Assembly: GCA_963662585.1 (NCBI GenBank)
Contig: OY759729.1
Coordinates: 416,001-480,000 of the forward strand
DNA from: Candidatus Cloacimonadales bacterium
GTDB lineage: Bacteria > Cloacimonadota > Cloacimonadia > Cloacimonadales > JAFGVF01
Reading direction: 5' to 3'
Length of the DNA: 64,000 bases
How positions within the stretch are numbered: position 1 is the first letter of the stretch; each line of letters opens with the position of its first letter. Of the stretch, positions 30,646 through 40,086 are shown in pieces. The position numbers and the translations under genes are program-made. The notes beneath the pieces are model-generated. The model saw only the letters and a program-made list of their open reading frames with translations. It was not told the origin of the DNA and ran no database searches.

Positions 30646-30805
30646 TTGTAGAGCCGTTTGATTGTATAGGCGTTTGATTGTATAGGCGTTTGATTGTATA
30701 GGCGTTTGATTGTAGAGCCGTTGCATGCAACGGCTCTACATTCAAACGCCTCTACATTGCTAATGGATCTACATTCTACGCCTCTATATTCTAACGCCTC
30801 TACAT
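30646..30805. repeat. GTAG-type REP cluster: five 16-bp tandem units ending in a perfect 30-bp palindrome, plus degenerate inverted half-units
   Basis: TTGTATAGGCGTTTGA-type units at 30646, 30662, 30678, 30694 and 30710; TGTAGAGCCGTTGCATGCAACGGCTCTACA at 30711-30740; ACGCCTCTACA-like copies downstream. Confidence 0.85.
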
Positions 30806-30884
30806 TACAACACTTATACCAAAAACAAGATACCAACAATAACTTTTCCCTTGCCACATTTATTATAATAAATAATATGTAGAT

Positions 30885-31772
30885 ATGAATACTAAAAATA
30901 AATCTTTATTAAATAATTATATTCACTATATTAAAATAGAAAAGGGATTATCAGAGAATTCTGTAAAGAGTTATAAGTCTGATCTCATAGATTTTATTAA
31001 CTTTTATGAAGAAGAGATAACTACTATTTCTAACGATAAAGTAATTAATTACCTCTTAGATCTCCAAAATGTAGGTTTAGTAAATTCTTCTATAGCCAGA
31101 AAAACTTCTGCTATCAAGAATTTCTTTCTCTATCTTATCGAGGATAATATTCCGATTAGTCTTAATATTGAAGAAATTCCTTCTATTTCTTATTCAAGAC
31201 ACCTACCCGATGTTATATCTGTAGAAGAGATGTGTAAACTATTGGATAACATTGATACTTCAACTCCACTCGGATATAGGAATAAAACTATGTTTGAATT
31301 GATGTATGCGACTGGAATTAGAGTTTCAGAGCTATTAGATATCTCAATACATGACCTACATCTCAGTGAAAGTAACCTTTTAATTCATGGAAAAGGCAAT
31401 AAACAAAGGCTACTTCCAATTCCAGATTCAACTATGGAATATCTTTTGCAATATATAAAAATAATTAGATTTAAATTGAAGAATGATAAGTTGATTGATA
31501 CTCTATTTTTAAACAATAGAGGAGGTAAATTGACAAGAATGGGCTTTTGGAAAATTCTGCATAAATGTGCTTTAGAAGCTGGCATTACAAGTCACCTTTC
31601 ACCGCACACTATCAGACATTCCTTTGCTACTCATCTTTTAGAAGCCGGGGCTAATCTAAGAATTGTGCAAACTTTATTAGGACATTCAAGTTTGGACACT
31701 ACTCAGATTTATACTAGTGTAAATATTAGTTACCTTATTGAAGAACATAAATTATATCACCCACGGGGTTAG
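30885..31772 (+). CDS. xerD: Tyrosine recombinase XerD
   Basis: EKGLSENS, YATGIRVSE, GKGNKQR, SPHTIRHSFATHLL, LLGH, TTQIYT, HPR. Confidence 0.9.
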   Translation: MNTKNKSLLNNYIHYIKIEKGLSENSVKSYKSDLIDFINFYEEEITTISNDKVINYLLDLQNVGLVNSSIARKTSAIKNFFLYLIEDNIPISLNIEEIPSISYSRHLPDVISVEEMCKLLDNIDTSTPLGYRNKTMFELMYATGIRVSELLDISIHDLHLSESNLLIHGKGNKQRLLPIPDSTMEYLLQYIKIIRFKLKNDKLIDTLFLNNRGGKLTRMGFWKILHKCALEAGITSHLSPHTIRHSFATHLLEAGANLRIVQTLLGHSSLDTTQIYTSVNISYLIEEHKLYHPRG

Positions 31773-31780
31773 GAGTAAAT

Positions 31781-32467
31781 ATGAAATATTTTTTAATGCT
31801 CATTATTGTGAGTACTTTGTTAATTGTTGGTTGTGACGATAGAGGCTATGATAATCCAACTATGGATGTTAGTATTGAATCAGATTATGGAAGCTTTGTT
31901 TATAACAAAAGTGGATTTAACGAAATGAAGTTCATGTTCCAATTAGATGGACCTGCTTCTAAGGTTTTTGATAGAAGAATTAATGTCAATATTTCTAATG
32001 GTATGGGTAATTTTATAGGTTCTGGTTCAAATCAATCTATGATTACTAATGATTTAGGTTATGCAGAAGGACGCTTCATAGCTGGAGATGGATATGGTAC
32101 AGCAAATATCGAATTTGTCTTAGAAACTTGGCCAACAGAAAAGGCTGTCTATAATATTCTTATTGTTGATTTCCCTAAGATTGATTCCTTAGCTGCAGGA
32201 ACTTATACACTTCTTCCTGATGGAATATCTTCTACCAGTATCAATGCTTATCTTAGCAGTGAGAATGCCGATTTAGAGATGGTTAAAATACTCTTTGATA
32301 CTACAGATGGCAGACTTACTCAGTCAGAAGTTTTTGCTGATGCTTCAGGGGTTGCTTCCACTAATTTAATAGCACCTTTCCATGAAGCATATATTACAGT
32401 TAAAGCTAGATTAGAGCTTCAACCTACTACATATAAAAGTATTAATATCAGATGCGAAAACCCTTAA
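31781..32467 (+). CDS. Lipoprotein with invasin/Big_1-like Ig domains
   Basis: Lipobox IVGC; TNDLGYA and ADASGVASTNL Big_1-like motifs. Confidence 0.7.
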   Translation: MKYFLMLIIVSTLLIVGCDDRGYDNPTMDVSIESDYGSFVYNKSGFNEMKFMFQLDGPASKVFDRRINVNISNGMGNFIGSGSNQSMITNDLGYAEGRFIAGDGYGTANIEFVLETWPTEKAVYNILIVDFPKIDSLAAGTYTLLPDGISSTSINAYLSSENADLEMVKILFDTTDGRLTQSEVFADASGVASTNLIAPFHEAYITVKARLELQPTTYKSINIRCENP

Positions 32468-32904
32468 TCAAGAGTGATGGTTCTATAAAGTCTATCTTTA
32501 AAAGTGATCCTAAAACAAGGATTGTTAGACCCCTCTTAGGCTCTGATATTCCTGCTGGATTTCCTTCTCCAGCTCAAGATTATATCGAAGAAAGACTAGA
32601 CCTCAATGAATATCTTATTAAGCATCCTTCTGCTACCTATTTTGTAAGAGTGGATGGATATTCAATGATTGAAGCGGGAATATTCCCTGACGATATTCTA
32701 ATAGTCGATAGATCTTTAGAAGCAATAAACAAGAAAGTAATTATTGCCGTAATTAATGGAGAATTGACGGTTAAGCGTTTGATAATAAAAAACAATATTT
32801 ACTATCTCAAGCCTGATAATCCTGAGTTTGATACGATTGAGATTTCATCTGATGACCAGTTTTCAGTTTGGGGCGTAGTAACTTATGTAATTCATAAATT
32901 ATAG
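32452..32904 (+). CDS. umuD: DNA polymerase V autoproteolytic subunit
   Basis: AGFPSPAQDY, HPSATYFVRVDGYSM, GELTVKRL, WGVVT. Confidence 0.93.
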   Translation: MRKPLIKSDGSIKSIFKSDPKTRIVRPLLGSDIPAGFPSPAQDYIEERLDLNEYLIKHPSATYFVRVDGYSMIEAGIFPDDILIVDRSLEAINKKVIIAVINGELTVKRLIIKNNIYYLKPDNPEFDTIEISSDDQFSVWGVVTYVIHKL

Positions 32905-32907
32905 CTT

Positions 32908-34182
32908 ATGAAAAACAAGCCTATCTTTGCCCTAATTGATTGCAATAATTTCTATGCTTCTTGTGAACGAGTCTTTCGTCCAGAATTAGAAGGAAAGCCA
33001 ATAGCTGTTCTCTCTAACAATGATGGATGCATAATTGCTCGTTCTCAAGAAGTTAAAGATTTAGGCATCTCTATGGGAATTCCTGCCTTCAAGAATGAGC
33101 ATCTTTTCAAAAAGCACAAAATTCATCTATTCTCCTCAAATTATACCCTCTATGCAGATATGTCAAGTCGAGTCATGGAGTGTATTGCTCAATTCTGCCC
33201 TGATATTGAAGTATACTCTATTGATGAATCTTTTGTGGAGTTAAGTAGCTTTAGAACTCGAGATTTAACAGCTTATATGCAAGAGCTTCGTCTTAAAATC
33301 CAACAAACTACTGGCATTCCTGTTTCAATTGGAATTGCCCAAACCAAGACTTTAGCCAAGATAGCCAATCATCTAGCAAAAAAAGTTAAGCAGTATAATG
33401 GGGTTTTTAATCTACTTACAGAAAGTGATATCGACCGAGTCTTAGTCAGAGTTCCTGTCGATGATGTTTGGGGTATTGGCAGACAATACTCGAAATTCTT
33501 AGTAGATAATAATATTTTCACTGCTTATGATCTTAAGTGTTCTAACGATGAGTGGGTTGATAAATATCTGACTTCAGTTGGTCACAAAACAGTATTAGAG
33601 CTAAGAGGTAAATCTTGTCTAGATTTAGATTCGTTAATTGCTCCTAAAAAAGGGATAGTAAGCTCAAAATCTTTTGGTAAGCCGGTATCAACACTGCAAG
33701 AGATGGAAGAAGCTGTGGCTACTTATACGACTACAGCAGTAAAAAAACTAAGAAATCAGAATTCTGTAGCTTCTCTCATTTCTGTCTTTATCTCCACTAA
33801 TCGTTTTAAGGAAACACCGCAGTATAACAATAATGCATCTTTTAAGTTCACTAATCCGACAGCCTATACACCTGATTTTATTGAAGTTGCTCTCCAAATA
33901 CTAAGAAGGATTTATCGTAAGGGTTTTCTCTATAAAAAAGCAGGGGTTATGATTACTGATATTACTTCTGAAGAAAATGTCCCTTATGATATTTTCCAAC
34001 CTCTTTATTTAGATACCCCTCAGAAAGATATTATGAAAATTGTTGATAAAATAAATAACACACTGGGTGAAAATACTCTCTTTTATGGCAGTTTAGGTGT
34101 TAAAAAGAAGTGGCAGATGCGAAGAAACTTATTATCTCCCAAATATACAACATCTTGGAAGGATATTCCTAAGGTTAAATAA
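32908..34182 (+). CDS. umuC: Y-family DNA polymerase V subunit
   Basis: LIDCNNFYASCE, LSNNDGC, YSIDE, WQMRRNLLSPKYTT. Confidence 0.95.
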   Translation: MKNKPIFALIDCNNFYASCERVFRPELEGKPIAVLSNNDGCIIARSQEVKDLGISMGIPAFKNEHLFKKHKIHLFSSNYTLYADMSSRVMECIAQFCPDIEVYSIDESFVELSSFRTRDLTAYMQELRLKIQQTTGIPVSIGIAQTKTLAKIANHLAKKVKQYNGVFNLLTESDIDRVLVRVPVDDVWGIGRQYSKFLVDNNIFTAYDLKCSNDEWVDKYLTSVGHKTVLELRGKSCLDLDSLIAPKKGIVSSKSFGKPVSTLQEMEEAVATYTTTAVKKLRNQNSVASLISVFISTNRFKETPQYNNNASFKFTNPTAYTPDFIEVALQILRRIYRKGFLYKKAGVMITDITSEENVPYDIFQPLYLDTPQKDIMKIVDKINNTLGENTLFYGSLGVKKKWQMRRNLLSPKYTTSWKDIPKVK

Positions 34183-34209
34183 TCATGGTCAAATTTAGAC
34201 CAAAAATAT

Positions 34210-34231
34210 AGGGCGTATCTTGATACGCCCT
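34210..34231. terminator. Hairpin between convergent genes
   Basis: AGGGCGTATC-tt-GATACGCCCT. Confidence 0.6.
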
Positions 34232-34250
34232 TTCTATTTAATTCTTATAT

Positions 34251-35534
34251 TTAATTTTTATTAAATTCTTTCAACACTTCAGTCACATAATATTGATCTA
34301 AAGTGCCCATAGTCTCTCTAGTTGAGTGCATTGCAAACATTGGATTGCCGATATCAACAGTCTTGATACTAGTTGTAGCTGAGCTAACTGGGCCTATAGT
34401 TGAACCAGAAGGAATATCTGAACGATTAATCATCTTTTGATAAGGAATATCTAACTTCTTACAAATACTCATAAAGTAAGAGGCACTTTCAGAATTGGTA
34501 GCATATCTATAATTAGCACTGAATTTTACAACAGGACCCTTATTTAATTCTGGAGCATAATTGCTATCATGCTTACTAACATAGTTTGGATGAACAGCAT
34601 GAGCTTGGTCAGCAGATATTTGGAATGATCTATTGATTGCTCTAGCGTAATCTTCTGAATTTCCTCCAAGACAATAGTTAATTCTAGAAAGAATCATTTC
34701 CAAGAAGGATGAGTTGGCTCCTTGTAAAGTTTGAGAACCTATCTCTTCATTATCATAGAAAGTAGCAAGTACTGTAGCCTTATTATCTTTAGTAGCCAAG
34801 ATAGCAGTTAAGATAGCATGACACATAGCTAAATCATCTAATCTGCCAGAGGAGATTAATTCTTCATTTATTCCATAAACCAGAGTTTTCTCGAAAGGTA
34901 TAAAGAAAAGATCATAATCTAAGATATCACTAGCTTCGATTTTGCACTCTTTAGCAATTAAATTTTCTAGGTAGCTGTCTTGATCAGAGGTTCCAAGTAG
35001 TACGGGAAGTTCTGTTTGCTTGTTTATTTCTAAACCTTTATTTACATTACGATTTAAATGTATAGCTAAATTAGGAATAATTCCAATAGCTTTGTCTATA
35101 AACACATTAGTAGATTTTACTTGTCCGTCTATAAGATAAGTAACTCTTCCAGCAAGTGATAGCTCTCTATCGAACCAAGTATTGATTATCGGTCCACCAT
35201 ATACTTCTACAAATACTTTATGATAACCTTTAAATTTGGTTTCTGAGCCAACCTTAACTTTAAGAGCAGGACTATCAGTATGAGCTCCACTGATTTTAAA
35301 ACCAGATTCAGCTGGAGTTAAAGAGCCATTAATAAAGGCAATAACTGCAGAGTTATTACGAACAACAAAGTACTTACCTTGTGGTTTTAAATCCCATTTA
35401 TCACTTTCAACTAGTTTTTCAAATCCATTATTTTCTAATCTGTTAACAATCTCTTCAGTCGCTTGAAATGCAGTTGGACTCTTATCTAAGAATCCTTTCA
35501 AATCAGCTGTTAATTCTTTGTAGTTTGTCATCAT
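34251..35534 (-). CDS. M18 family aminopeptidase
   Basis: GAHTDSP, RLDDL, DNEEIGS, SADQAHAVHPN, GSTIGP, MHSTRE. Confidence 0.95.
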   Translation of the reverse strand: MMTNYKELTADLKGFLDKSPTAFQATEEIVNRLENNGFEKLVESDKWDLKPQGKYFVVRNNSAVIAFINGSLTPAESGFKISGAHTDSPALKVKVGSETKFKGYHKVFVEVYGGPIINTWFDRELSLAGRVTYLIDGQVKSTNVFIDKAIGIIPNLAIHLNRNVNKGLEINKQTELPVLLGTSDQDSYLENLIAKECKIEASDILDYDLFFIPFEKTLVYGINEELISSGRLDDLAMCHAILTAILATKDNKATVLATFYDNEEIGSQTLQGANSSFLEMILSRINYCLGGNSEDYARAINRSFQISADQAHAVHPNYVSKHDSNYAPELNKGPVVKFSANYRYATNSESASYFMSICKKLDIPYQKMINRSDIPSGSTIGPVSSATTSIKTVDIGNPMFAMHSTRETMGTLDQYYVTEVLKEFNKN

Positions 35535-35556
35535 TTGAACCCCTTATATTTTAAAA

Positions 35557-37191
35557 CTATTTCATCATTAATATTTTCTTTGTCACACTCTGATTGGCAG
35601 AATTAATTCTGGCAAAATATAATCCTGAAGGGAGTTTATCGCCATTATTATCTAATCCATTCCAGATCACACTACCATTACCACCTTTTACATCACTAGA
35701 AGAAATAGTATTAATCTTTTGTCCTCTAACATTATAGATATCTATAGAGACACTTTTGTTTTTTAAACCATGGAAATTAAAGTTTGTTTGAGAAGTAAAA
35801 GGATTTGGATAATTACTTAAAGTAAGGTTAGTAAAAGCTATTGCATCTGAAGAGTTGGATACTACTTGTCCATTACCATTAAGTGTAATATTAAGAGTTT
35901 CAGCATTGCCATTAATCTGCATTGTTGCTGAATAACCATTCACTTCTGTAGGAGTGAAAGTAACTTCAAGTAAAGCCCAATCTCCAACAGCTAAGCTTGT
36001 AGGATAATCACTTATTTGGAAAACTGGATTATTGAAGGTAATTGAAGAAATACTTAGAGTATTATCACCTTGGTTAGTAATAGGAATGAATAGCGTTGAA
36101 GTCTCATTTAATTGAGTTTCAGGGAAGCTATAATCTGCGAAAGGCACAAAAGCTTCTGGAAATCTAGGAGTTGAGATATTATGAGTAAGATTTGCAATTC
36201 TATCTAATAGCATTGGATATTCAATAAAAGGATTAGGTTTGCCCTGAATATCTTTAATCTCATCATTTCTATGAATCTCATATTGACTTACAGGATCAAC
36301 ATAATACCAGTTTCTAAGTACTTGCTGTTGGTTAGCACTGTTCAAGAAATTATTTGGATTGTTGTATCTAAGGGAGAAGTAGAATAAAGCTCGTGCTGTA
36401 TCACCCTTGTGGTCGTCTCTTGGTTCAAAAACTGTGTTTCCACCAATATCTGAACCTTTCTTAGATCCACCTTCTTGCCAACTAGCATTTGCAACGATTC
36501 CAAAAGGATAGTTACCTCTAATACTATTTGCTTGGGAATTAGTAGGAAAAAGATGATGTAAATCTGATTTGGCAACACCTTCAGCACCCATACTTTGAGG
36601 CCAAGTATGCTCGGTATTGATTAAATCCCAATTAGGTGTATTTCCTGGAGAACAAGAATACCATTCATTTGTATAAACACATCTTACTTGCCCACTTTCG
36701 TTAGCAATATAACCAAATAGCTCAACTCTAGCATCTTCATAACTAATTGAAGTGTTGTTACTTATTATAGATGTTAAAGCACTTTTTAACTCAGAATCCC
36801 ATTTGTTATAGGTTGAATTATAGCGAGAATCAGGTATTCTTCCTGAAACATTAATTTTTACTGGTAGAGAATACTCTAAATCATCAATATTAAAGAATAT
36901 TGTATGATCATAAACTATATTAGTCTCAGGAATCAAGTTAAGACTTACAGTATAACTTTGGTTTCCTGGAATTACAAAATTGGTGTTATCTAAAACAATA
37001 ATATCACTATTTTCTACTACATTTACAGTAACTTCTTGATCAGATTCATTAGTGACTGTTAAATCTACAAAACTTTCTGTATTAATATTTACTTGGCCAA
37101 AATTCACTTCAGTTTGTGATAGAGTTAAAATCTGCCCAAAGATCGACCCTACTAGCATTAATCCAACTAACACAAGATTAAATTTTTTCAT
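35557..37191 (-). CDS. Secreted endonuclease I-family nuclease with Ig-like domains and a C-terminal FlgD/T9SS-like sorting domain
   Basis: Signal peptide; NTEHTWPQS, DLHHLFP, FEPRDDHKGDTARA, NPFI; NYPNPF...IYNVRGQ...KILMMK. Confidence 0.88.
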   Translation of the reverse strand: MKKFNLVLVGLMLVGSIFGQILTLSQTEVNFGQVNINTESFVDLTVTNESDQEVTVNVVENSDIIVLDNTNFVIPGNQSYTVSLNLIPETNIVYDHTIFFNIDDLEYSLPVKINVSGRIPDSRYNSTYNKWDSELKSALTSIISNNTSISYEDARVELFGYIANESGQVRCVYTNEWYSCSPGNTPNWDLINTEHTWPQSMGAEGVAKSDLHHLFPTNSQANSIRGNYPFGIVANASWQEGGSKKGSDIGGNTVFEPRDDHKGDTARALFYFSLRYNNPNNFLNSANQQQVLRNWYYVDPVSQYEIHRNDEIKDIQGKPNPFIEYPMLLDRIANLTHNISTPRFPEAFVPFADYSFPETQLNETSTLFIPITNQGDNTLSISSITFNNPVFQISDYPTSLAVGDWALLEVTFTPTEVNGYSATMQINGNAETLNITLNGNGQVVSNSSDAIAFTNLTLSNYPNPFTSQTNFNFHGLKNKSVSIDIYNVRGQKINTISSSDVKGGNGSVIWNGLDNNGDKLPSGLYFARINSANQSVTKKILMMK

Positions 37192-37351
37192 TTATTAACT
37201 CCGAATTATTAGTGCAACAATTATTTTCTTTTTAAATAATCTGGCAATAAAAAAATATTATTTCTCAAATTAAACTACTTTCCATTAAGATAAATTCAGT
37301 AATAAATTAACAAAATATTAATTGATGATAAGTCTTCCTAAAGTCCTCTTC

Positions 37352-37416
37352 CCTTGCTCCTTCTTACTTATATCAAAGCTATTTCGTATTTTCTTGCAGA
37401 TAAGTGAGGAGGAACA
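37352..37416. repeat. Dispersed long-hairpin element, copy B
   Basis: CCTTGCTCCTTCTTACTTA...TAAGTGAGGAGGAACA. Confidence 0.5.
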
Positions 37417-37726
37417 TCGAGTGACCAAAGGCTGTGAAAAGAAGAAGAAGGATTAGCCTATAAGAAGACAAATCTAACTTTACTTGAAAGATCTAAGTAA
37501 AAGCTCTTAATGCACATTATTTTATCATAAAGATAAATCATTTAAAAGCTTATAAATAAAAAAGAGAAAATTTATATTTTTATCTCAAGATCATAATTCC
37601 ATATATTTCAACACATTACTACATAAATAAAAAAAAGTTTAAAAAATATCTTGAACAAAATGTAAAGATTTGAGATTTTGTGCTAATTATGATTAATATT
37701 AAATATTAAGCATGAAAGGAGTCGCA

Positions 37727-40030
37727 ATGCTTGAAAAAATTAGAGAAAAAGAGAAATTTATTATTTATGTTGTCGCTATTGTATTTGTGTTAGGAATGGC
37801 ACCATTAGGACTTAAGAGTCTTTTTACGCCAAAACCTTCATACGGTAAAATTAATGGTTCTACTGTCGAATTTGAAGCCTTCAATACTGGTCTTCGCAGT
37901 ACTTTTGATAATATTCAACAAATGTTGAGTAATATTAACTCAGGTGAAAATAGAATCAGTATGTTAAATGAAGAGAAAAGAGAAATTAGTTCAGAAATTA
38001 GAAAATTGAACTTCCAACTTGAAAAAGCTGTTGGTGATTCACTAAAAACTGAAGAACTAAACTATGAAATTAGTTCATTAGAAGAGAAAACTACTACTAA
38101 TGATAAAATGATTGAACAGCTCAATTCTCAAATTTCTCAACTTAAAGAGAGTTTAAAACCATATAATGTAGATTATAACCAATATAAACAAAATGGTTCA
38201 ATCTCAGATCAAGAAAGACTTCAATTAGAAGATAGAACTTGGGCTGATTTCATTGGTCAGAAAATTATCAGAGATGAGTTAGACAGTAACAGAATTAAAG
38301 TATCAAAGAAAGAGTATAATGACTTTGTCGCTGAATCATACTCATTCTTATATGATGAAAATGGAAACCTTAATAATGATATGCTTAATAGGTATTTTCA
38401 ACAAACCGGTTTGACTCCTGACCAATTTAAAGAAAACATTTATTATCAAATTAGGATTGAAAAGTTACAAGATAAAGTAACTGCTGATTCTCTTTCTACT
38501 ATGGAAGAGTTTGAAGAAGATTATCTTAAAAATAATACAAAGAGATCAGCTAAAGTATTAGCTATCCCTTCATATAGATTTAAAGTTGATTCAACTGCAG
38601 TTGTTGCAGCTGATATTGAAAAATACTATAATGAAAACAAAGATGATTATAAATTAGATGGTGCAGTTAAAATGACTCTTGCTAAGTTTGAAATCAAAGT
38701 TAGCGATGAAGATAAAGCACTTGCCTTAGATAAAATAACTAATTTATATGAACAAGTTAAAGAGAAACCTCAGACATTTGCTACTGTAGCACGCAATGAA
38801 TCAGCTGATCCTGGAACTGCTTCTCGTGGTGGTGATTTAGGTTGGTTCGGACGCGGAAGAATGGTTGCTCAATTTGATTCAGTTGCTTTCAGTATGGAAA
38901 AAGGACAAATTTCAGAACCTTTCGAAACATCTTTTGGTTATCATATAATCAAACTTGATGATATCAAAACTGAAAATGATGAAATCCAAGTCAAAGCTCG
39001 TCACATCTTAATCAAAATTGAATTAAGTAATGAAACTAGAACTCAAGTGAAAGCTAATAGTCAAAAATTTGTTGATGAAGCTAATGCTTCCAACTTTGCC
39101 ACACTTGCAGAACAGTATAATGCTGAACTCATCAATACTCCTTGGTTAGCAGCTGATGGTACAGATTTCAATAGTTCAGGAACTGAAGCTTATGACAAAG
39201 TTGCTTTCATGGCTAATTCATACTTCAATTACGGTTTCTTATCATTTACTAGAGAAGGTAAAAAACATCATATCTCCCCTATCTTTAGAGATAAAGAAGG
39301 TAACTTCTTGGTTGCTATGATTGATGAAAGAAAAGAAGATGACTATAAAGAATTAAATGACGACTTAAAGAAATCTATCCGTACTAAATTAGAAAGTGAA
39401 AAGAAAATTGAGTATGCTAACAATATGTTAGATCAATTCAATAATAACTATAAAGTTGAAGACTATGATAACTTATTAACTGACTCTCTTTTAGTTAAGA
39501 GTACACTTGATACTGTTAGAGTTAAAATTAAATTTAACGAAATTCCTAACACTACTCTTCCAAAAGATGAAGTTAATACAGATATGCTTAAAGCTGATTA
39601 TAATGCTGCTAGAAAATCATCTTTATCTGGTTTAAGATTAGTTAGAGCTGCAGGTACTTACTACTTAGTTACTCTTACTAAAGAAGATAAAGATATTGTT
39701 GCTGATATTAAAATGGCTGTTAACGAAGCTAAAAATATCAACAAAAATTCTAAGTACATGGCACCAATCAGCAACTCTGAAAAAGCTGTCGAAATTCTTT
39801 TCAATGCTCCAATGAATCAAGTTACTCCTCTTAATCTTACTGATGAAGGAAACTTTATCCTTAAAGTTATCAGTAGTACAGAAGCTGACATGGCTAAATT
39901 CAATGAGACTAAAGAAGCTGATTACGAAGCTAAAATTGAAAGAGAAAAAGAAACTGAATTTAATAAATGGTATGGTGAAAAACTAAAAGAAGCCTCAATA
40001 ATCGACAAACGATTTATGGCTATTCAATAA
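37727..40030 (+). CDS. PpiD/SurA-like membrane-anchored peptidylprolyl isomerase
   Basis: N-terminal TM; parvulin motif ESADPGTASRGGDLGWFGRGRMV..F...PFETSFGYHIIK. Start 37727 follows AAGGAG (ORF track gives 37712). Confidence 0.88.
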   Translation: MLEKIREKEKFIIYVVAIVFVLGMAPLGLKSLFTPKPSYGKINGSTVEFEAFNTGLRSTFDNIQQMLSNINSGENRISMLNEEKREISSEIRKLNFQLEKAVGDSLKTEELNYEISSLEEKTTTNDKMIEQLNSQISQLKESLKPYNVDYNQYKQNGSISDQERLQLEDRTWADFIGQKIIRDELDSNRIKVSKKEYNDFVAESYSFLYDENGNLNNDMLNRYFQQTGLTPDQFKENIYYQIRIEKLQDKVTADSLSTMEEFEEDYLKNNTKRSAKVLAIPSYRFKVDSTAVVAADIEKYYNENKDDYKLDGAVKMTLAKFEIKVSDEDKALALDKITNLYEQVKEKPQTFATVARNESADPGTASRGGDLGWFGRGRMVAQFDSVAFSMEKGQISEPFETSFGYHIIKLDDIKTENDEIQVKARHILIKIELSNETRTQVKANSQKFVDEANASNFATLAEQYNAELINTPWLAADGTDFNSSGTEAYDKVAFMANSYFNYGFLSFTREGKKHHISPIFRDKEGNFLVAMIDERKEDDYKELNDDLKKSIRTKLESEKKIEYANNMLDQFNNNYKVEDYDNLLTDSLLVKSTLDTVRVKIKFNEIPNTTLPKDEVNTDMLKADYNAARKSSLSGLRLVRAAGTYYLVTLTKEDKDIVADIKMAVNEAKNINKNSKYMAPISNSEKAVEILFNAPMNQVTPLNLTDEGNFILKVISSTEADMAKFNETKEADYEAKIEREKETEFNKWYGEKLKEASIIDKRFMAIQ

Positions 40031-40039
40031 TAAACTATT

Positions 40040-40065
40040 AGCCGATGGAAACATCGGCTTTTTTT
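40040..40065 (+). terminator. Intrinsic terminator
   Basis: AGCCGATG-gaaa-CATCGGCT followed by a T-run. Confidence 0.8.
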
Positions 40066-40086
40066 ATTTATAGAGGAGAATTATTT

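Noticed and set aside
30885..34182. Integrative element (integrase + umuDC)
   Set aside because: The recombinase has chromosomal XerD length and motifs, neighbours are housekeeping genes, and no att repeats were seen.
40045..40086. N-terminal extension of glmM in the ORF track
   Set aside because: That ATG lies inside the upstream terminator hairpin; the RBS supports 40087.
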